Positions 57,078 through 64,000 of a stretch of DNA of 64,000 nucleotides are shown in pieces. The notes below the pieces were generated by a model that worked only from the letters and a program-made list of their open reading frames with translations, did not search any database and had not been told where the DNA came from. The position numbers and the translations under genes were made by a program. Each line of letters opens with the position of its first letter. The stretch's first letter is position 1. Source of the DNA: Octopus vulgaris (lineage: Eukaryota); assembly GCA_951406725.2 (NCBI GenBank), contig OX597835.1:44516001-44580000 (forward strand). The letters are read 5' to 3'.

Positions 57078-57540
57078 CGTATAAAAGATGGGCTACAGCA
57101 AATATTCTACTCAATACCACAGAGGCCGTAATCAGTTGAGCATGTCGCTTAGTGGTTGACGATATGTGCATCTCTGATCAGGAGCAGAAGTAGTGGGGGA
57201 GCATCATAGCCATGTGTTAAGAGAAATTGTTTGCGGTTTTAAATATTCACCTTTGGAAACATGGGTGCTTTGTTCATCATCCTTAAACAACCCTTATTCA
57301 AGGACCATTTGAGCAGAATGGGCTACTCAACATGAAGCAAATACTAACTGGGTTCCACCTGCAAAGTCATGCGTTGTTTGTATGAGACCCTCATAGCACG
57401 CACATATGGTTGTGACGCATGTGCTTGGTGTACCCTTATGAGACGGGTAGTCATGATGGGTATACTGAGCTCCGTATATTTTAAGCCAGAGTCACTTTGA
57501 TAGCATGCGCTGCTCTCTCACTCAATAATGATAAAAATAA
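57078..57540 (+). mobile_element. Dispersed retroposon with AAT tail (SINE or LINE 3' UTR)
   Basis: rc-homologous to 62480-62878. Confidence 0.7.
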
Positions 57541-58515
57541 GAGGAATAGTAATACCAAAAACAATATTAATGATTTCAAATTTTGGCACAGCGGCAGTTA
57601 TTGGGAGGAGGGGGTAAGGCAGTTCTATCGAACTGGTACTTATTTCATTGACTCCGGAAGCAGGAAACGCAAAGTCTCGAGGAAGTAGTTCCCAGATCGT
57701 CATGTCTTTCATGAAGATGCAAGTTTTCGTAATATTAATTTATTATCGATACTTTAATGTTTATACTTGAGGCGATGGTGGATAGGGTAAGGATTGATGT
57801 GGGCAGACTCAACGAAGCCAGTAGAGTCTGTACTAATTCTCATACCTCTTGCACGACTCCTAGTAGGAACGGTTTACGTCCAGGATTTTAGTGTTATTGC
57901 TGGATGTGTGCGGTGTGTCGTCGTTGCGGTAATTTTGTTACGGTCTCCATTTTGTTGCTTTCAGCATCGTCTACAGATTTTTTTTGTAACTTCTACTGCT
58001 TTCGCTGTTGTTGTTTTTATTGTTGTTGTTGTACTTGTTGTTTTTGCACAATCTCTCCCCGCACAACTTCTGTTGGAGACAATGGAAGTAATTTATAGTC
58101 AGTGTTGCTGATGGCGGAGAATATTTTGTGACTTTACTTCTCATAACAATCCTCGACAGGTTGATGTACGTGCTATGTATCATATTTTCTCTGCTGTTAC
58201 GACGAACGTTATTTCACTGATTTATTGCAAGTTTTTTTTTTTTTTTTTACCGTTTTGTAAATTTGAAAACAAAATATTGAAAAACGGAAATTTTCAAAAA
58301 CAACTTTGACCCATTTAAACCGAGGCAAATATAGAAACTGAACAGACAGACTGTTGGTTATTTTGTGAACAAAACATTTAACAATAATAATAAATTAGTG
58401 AAGTGTAGACGATAAATTTGCAAAACACCTTGCGGAGCGCAGGCTGAGTATGTTTTATATGGCGAACACAGGGGAAAAAAAATAATGCATACGAATATAA
58501 ATAACGTTGATGATG

Positions 58516-58582
<67 letters not shown>

Positions 58583-58814
58583 CAAGAACTACACCACCAC
58601 CACCACCACCACAAACAACAACAACAATAATAATAACAATAAAAATAAAAATAATAATAATAATACTATAGGCACAAGGCCTGAACTGGGGGGAATGGGA
58701 TAGTAGATAATACCTAATAATAATAATACTGTTACTTAATTTGTCGACACTAAAAGAATGACCACCATCACCACCACAAACAACAACAACAATAATAATA
58801 ATAATAAAAATAAA

Positions 58815-58846
<32 letters not shown>

Positions 58847-58851
58847 TGATG

Positions 58852-58918
<67 letters not shown>

Positions 58919-58964
58919 GTAGTAATAATAATAATAATAATAAAAAAAAAAATAATAATGATAA

Positions 58965-59145
58965 TAACTTCAAATTTCGGCACAATGCTAGCAACTCTGA
59001 AAAGAATGTCGATATAATCGATCTCAATGCTCAAGTGGTACTTAAAATTTATCGAACCCGAAGCGATTTAAGTGAAAGTCGACCTCGGCGGAATTTGATT
59101 TCAGAACGTAAAGACGGACAAAATGCTGATGAACATTTTGTGCGG
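58965..59145 (-). mobile_element. SINE family A, diverged
   Basis: AAAGTCGACCTCGGCGGAATTTGA..CAGAACGTA. Confidence 0.65.
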
Positions 59146-60444
59146 CATTATTGTATTCGTTTATTATTTATCATGCACCAACGAGCACAAATCTTTAACA
59201 AAAAGCACCAATATTGAGTACATAATTAAAGCTCGATGCAGGGAAATATTTATTTTACTACAATGTTCTTACAGCAAATGAAAAGCTGGATAACACAGGG
59301 AAATGAAATGTCGAGGGTAACTAATACGCATCTAAAAGTAACGCATGACCTGAATAACGAATAGATACCTTAAAATGGTTTCCCAAAGTGGGAAAATTAA
59401 GAAGAATCAAAATATGATATTGAAATGTCAGTATGTATTTCAATCACAGACAATAAATAAAAACTACTAAAATCATAAAAAAAAAAAAAACATTGAGGAT
59501 ATAACTATTTCATGCAAATAGAACTATTTCAAGCAAAATGAATACAGAAAATAAGTAAAAAAGCAAAAGTCTCCTGAAATCCAACAGATTATTGAACAAC
59601 AAAAGCCAAACCAGAAATAGTGCAAATGTGGGAAATGTTTAAAAGCAGGAAACTCCAAAGGTGGAAATCGTGACCCTGACAACCTGGTTCTGGAAACGTT
59701 TTAAGAATTACAAACCACAGAATATCTTTATATTGACCAAATTGAGAAGCTCAAGGAGAAAAAAACTGAATGTTAAAATAACATCAATAATAACAAATAA
59801 AAACTCGGTCATCACAGAATTACGGAAAAACAACGCCAAGAAGGCTATAAATGAAATAATGCATGCAACAGCCATTGGAAATGGGCATTTCCTCAGATCT
59901 ACTGGAATAGAAAATCAAAATACAAGCAAACAGCGCGGAAAACAAACCTCCAGAAAACCAAAGGAAATCAATTGAAAAAAAAATGATGGGCAGACAAATA
60001 CAACAGGGATATATAACAAAGAAAAATAAATATCAGAAATCGAATAAAGTCTGAACCAAGTGATCCTGGGTAAGTCGCAAGGAATCTGGCAGTAAGATAA
60101 AGAATCTATATCGATTGTTTGAACAAAACAAACAGTTGGAAATCAACCCCAAATGATTTTCTGGAGAACTTCATAAGAATAAAACAGAAGTCAATACAAC
60201 AATAACAGCAGGCGAGGTAAAAGTATTTGAGGAAGGACTCTAGGCAGGAATCAAGCCATCGATAAAATGATTGGATAAAACAAAGAAGACAACATCTGAA
60301 CGACTGTGGGAAGCCAACAATATTTAAAATTAAAGTGAAAGGTACAAACATAAATACTTTCAAAGGTGTGAATGAAATATTTAACAGGAACCTATCAGGT
60401 GTAGTTCACACGTTTAATGAGATACTGGTGCAGTGAAAGACAAC

Positions 60445-60680
60445 GAGTGTCAGACTAATGGGCCTGTGTGGGGGGTGGGGGATGGTTAGCTGCTGAGTCC
60501 ATTGTAAAGACTATCGTGTCGTCTTCCTTTGGCCAGGAAGGACTGACAGACTGTCTAGTGACCTTCCTGAAAGAGGATACATGGTGGACGACATTTAAAG
60601 AGTTCAATCCAAATCTTCAACTGCCATTTTGTATAAACCCCTATCAACTTGATTCATATTTCACTTGGAAATGAACGCGA
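60445..60680 (+). pseudogene. Old Tx1/L1 LINE fragment
   Basis: WLAAESIVK..QEG..KE..WWT aligns with 12530-12847. Confidence 0.65.
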
Positions 60681-60779
60681 CAATTATGCCAATATGGACG
60701 TGGACGAATTGTATCAGGTGATCCTGGTCGTATCTAAACAGGGCATGATGTAAGCGTGTAGATGAGGATAGTATAATTT

Positions 60780-61160
60780 GTACACTTATCAAAATTGTCG
60801 GATACATACACCACAAGTTTTTGATATGTGCGGTTGACCTATAAAGGCTTTGAAGGCAGCGACCCAGTTACAGGGGGCGGTGCTTGTCCCATTTCTCAGC
60901 AGTTTTGATTTTAAAATGTCGACATTGAAGATACTGACCAACTCTGTCATGTTTAGATTTATAGTCTACAGCTGTTGAAGCCTTACACCCAGTGGTTACG
61001 TGGTCCTCTGTTTCAATACCGTAGTTGCAGTATCGGCACCTTGGGTCTACTCTATTTTTCATCACATTGACGTGGTTATTCCGGTTCAATAGGTTCTGAT
61101 CTTGAGCAGCCAAGATAATGACTTCGCTCTCTGCATTTAATCCTGAGCTCCGTAGCCACA
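60780..61160 (-). pseudogene. R4/Dong-like (RLE) non-LTR fragment
   Basis: GLNAESEVIILAAQDQNL..CRYC...ETEDHVTTGC..YKSKHDRV zinc knuckle. Confidence 0.8.
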
Positions 61161-61254
61161 GATTAGAGAATTAGCTAAGCGGGCTTTCACAAGGATAATC
61201 GTCACCAAATTGTGATTTGCCCTGAACAAGACCATTAAAGTATAATCACTTAGG

Positions 61255-61792
61255 TTGTCTGAGCAATGCTGACTTGTGGGTTTATGTGGAACGCCTGCTG
61301 TCACGTGTAGGACTGATTCGGGTGTCAGCTGAGTTCATCTTGAAGGCCGCCCATTCGTCTTCCCTTGGCCGGGACGGGCGAGTGTATTTGTTTTATGGTG
61401 AACTTAGCGAAAAATTGAAAGGGCTGAAGAACGACACTTTTCTCTTTGGCCAATCACTCATCAATTCTTTCAAGTGTCACTTGAAAAGGAAAGTAAGGGT
61501 GGAGAGTGAGGGTACTGCCTCCCAACAGTGGTTTTAAAAGATGAGTGAATGTAGTGCGAATTTTTCGAGTGAACGGGCCTACACTAAGCATGCGCCGCAA
61601 GAATGAAGGAGTTGAAGAGAAGGGATTTGCCATAGAGGTCAAGATGATCGTGTATTCTGTGGTGATTCCACAAGCAGCCCTAGGAAGTTTCCCTCTTTTG
61701 GGTATTTTTAAATGTCAGAACTTTATTTGCATTTTTTCTGTACAACTTTTCAATACATTTAGGTGAACACTTATTGGTGAATAAAGAAAACA
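61255..61792 (+). pseudogene. Tx1/L1 LINE 3' fragment
   Basis: GQSLINSFKCHLKRKVRVE matches 12530-12847; ends AATAAAGAAAA. Confidence 0.8.
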
Positions 61793-62478
61793 ACTATAAA
61801 TATGTGAGTGTTTAAGGGAAGAGTAGTAACAAGCGGCACATTTACCCGTTGGCATAAATCTGTATCACGGACGGGACAGTTTGTTAGTGTACATTGATTA
61901 TTGTCCCTTATTCGTTTCTAAGTGAGGTGTCCTCTCAGAGAAGGGCTGGAGTGGGCTAGTTATATGTCTATCCCTTCTCTCTTTATCGCACTTCGCATGG
62001 ATGTAGTTATCCTCTCGCTAAAATGGGGTATTTTAAGGAAGCATGTGTTGCTGGGAAGCTGCTCGTATAATACTTAACTTAGAAGCAGCGCTATGGATGT
62101 ACCAGCACACACGAGATATAGACATGGCCGACCTCACACACTTCTATTAGGGAATACTGCAGTGTTCTTGAAATAAAGAGGATGTTTACACTTTCGAATA
62201 CTCAGGCAGAAAGGAAATTTTTACGTATTCACAGAAGTTGTAAATATTAAAGTTATTAAAGCTGATCGTTTGCGTATTCAGAAACTGAGGATATGTAAGT
62301 TTCTTATCTTAATTTGAGGGAATTTCAAATACAGGAAATTGTAGATATTCCAGGCTTTGAGAGTTATTTTTCTGTTGTGCTGCTGGGTTGTATTTGTGTT
62401 TCTATGTCTTCAGCTTCTGACTGGTCAGAGGAACGAAGAACACGTCCAGACGCTGTCGAGGCTGGTGCTTGATTCTTC

Positions 62479-62479
<1 letters not shown>

Positions 62480-62515
<36 letters not shown>

Positions 62516-62876
62516 GAGTGAGAGAGCAGTTCATGCCATCAAAGTGACACTGGGGTAAAATATACGAAGCCCAATATACCCATCATGACTACCCGTCTGA
62601 TAAGGGTACACCAGGCACATGCATCACAAACATATGTGCACGACATGGTGATCTCATATCAAGATAAACAGCACATGACCTTGCAGGTGGGGCCCAGTTA
62701 GAATTTTCTTCTGGTCGAGTAACCCATCCCACTCAAAAGGTCCCTGAATAAGGGTTGTTTAAGGATGTTGAAAGAACCACCTATGTTTCCAGAGGTGAAT
62801 TATTCAAACCCCAAAGAATCCCTCTCAACACATGGCTATGATGCTCCCCCACTACTTCTGCTCGTGATCAGAGATG

Positions 62877-62878
<2 letters not shown>
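62480..62878 (-). mobile_element. Dispersed retroposon in an (ATT)n tract
   Basis: Homologous to 57078-57540; (ATT)n on both sides. Confidence 0.75.
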
Positions 62879-62921
<43 letters not shown>

Positions 62922-63109
62922 CATTATTATTATTATTATTATTTTGGTTTTTTTTCCTGCGCCAGTCAAAATGCTGTGGAGCATTTTTTGCGACATTTTA
63001 GGTTCTGAGTTCAAATCATATAGATTACGAATTTGCCCTCCAACTTTTGCAAATATAAAGTACCATCAAATACAGAAATCAATTAAAACATTGCTTTCAG
63101 AAATGATGA

Positions 63110-63625
63110 CCATCATCGCCAAAATTACGACGACGACGACTACAAACACCACCTCAACCACCACCACCACCACAACCACCACCGCCACCACCACCTCCAC
63201 CACCTCCACCACCACCACAACATCCACCACCACCTCCACCACCACCTCCACCACCACCACAACAACAACATCACCACCACCACCAACAACAACAACAACA
63301 TCACCACCACCACCACCACTGCCACCATCACCGCCACCTCTACCATCACTACCACCACCACTACCATCATCTTCGCCGCTTTTGTCATCGTCCTCATCAT
63401 CATCGTCCTTTCAATATCGTCCACCATCGACGCCATCATCATCACCCGCACCACTGTCTTCATCATAACTGTGTTCTTTCGCATTATCGTCGTCATCATC
63501 AGCATTATCATCTTCATGACCATCATCATCATTATTTGCTGCATTATCGTTATCTTCATCCTCGTCCTCAACATTATCGTCTTCGCTGTTCTCCTCCTCA
63601 TCCCGATATCGCCATCATCAGAAGA
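63110..63625. repeat. Cryptic (ACC/ATC)n trinucleotide region
   Basis: Direct reading. Confidence 0.9.
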
Positions 63626-64000
63626 AATTATCATTGATATTATGTTTATTTTATTTCATATCAAAGAGAACGATATCGTTATCTCTTCTGGAGGTTTTCT
63701 TAATATTTTATTGTTACAGCACATGTGAACAGTATCTGTGAACATGAAATAAAGGTTACAGAGAAAAATCTATAACATACGAGGAGATAAAGGCTATGCA
63801 GATTAAATGATTCTAAATTGATATCACGTCATTTATGATGCGTTGATAAATATATTCATAATGAAAAATTGATAATTCATTTTAATATTGTCAATAAGTT
63901 TATCTGCGTTTGTATTAGAAATCAATATTGTTAAATAAGATAGTATTGTTCAAAGAATACAATTCTGTTTCATATAGTGAAGGCAGATGTAAATATGGTG

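Overview
AT-rich, microsatellite-saturated animal DNA with one 100-N scaffold gap. The SINE and repeat content suggests an octopus, which is an inference. No host gene can be supported. The centrepiece is a very young Penelope-like retroelement (PLE) insertion of about 8.7 kb at 28665-37410. It has an intact 1309-aa RT + GIY-YIG ORF, three pseudo-LTRs that each carry an atypical hammerhead-ribozyme motif, and a head-to-head inverted second copy forming a palindrome with ~3.8-kb arms. Both 3' ends are fused to (TA)n. Elsewhere, many short non-coding inserts sit in (TA)n tracts. At least five sequence-unrelated families of them carry type I hammerhead motifs with palindromic stem III, and some reproduce the PLE's inverted architecture in miniature. 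Together these look like a microsatellite-targeting, ribozyme-based autonomous/non-autonomous retroelement system. The rest is SINEs, LINE fragments (Tx1/L1, RTE, R4/Dong-like), decayed mariner/Tc1/hAT transposons, MITEs, a non-autonomous Helitron and simple repeats. Most ORFs in the supplied track are microsatellite translations.
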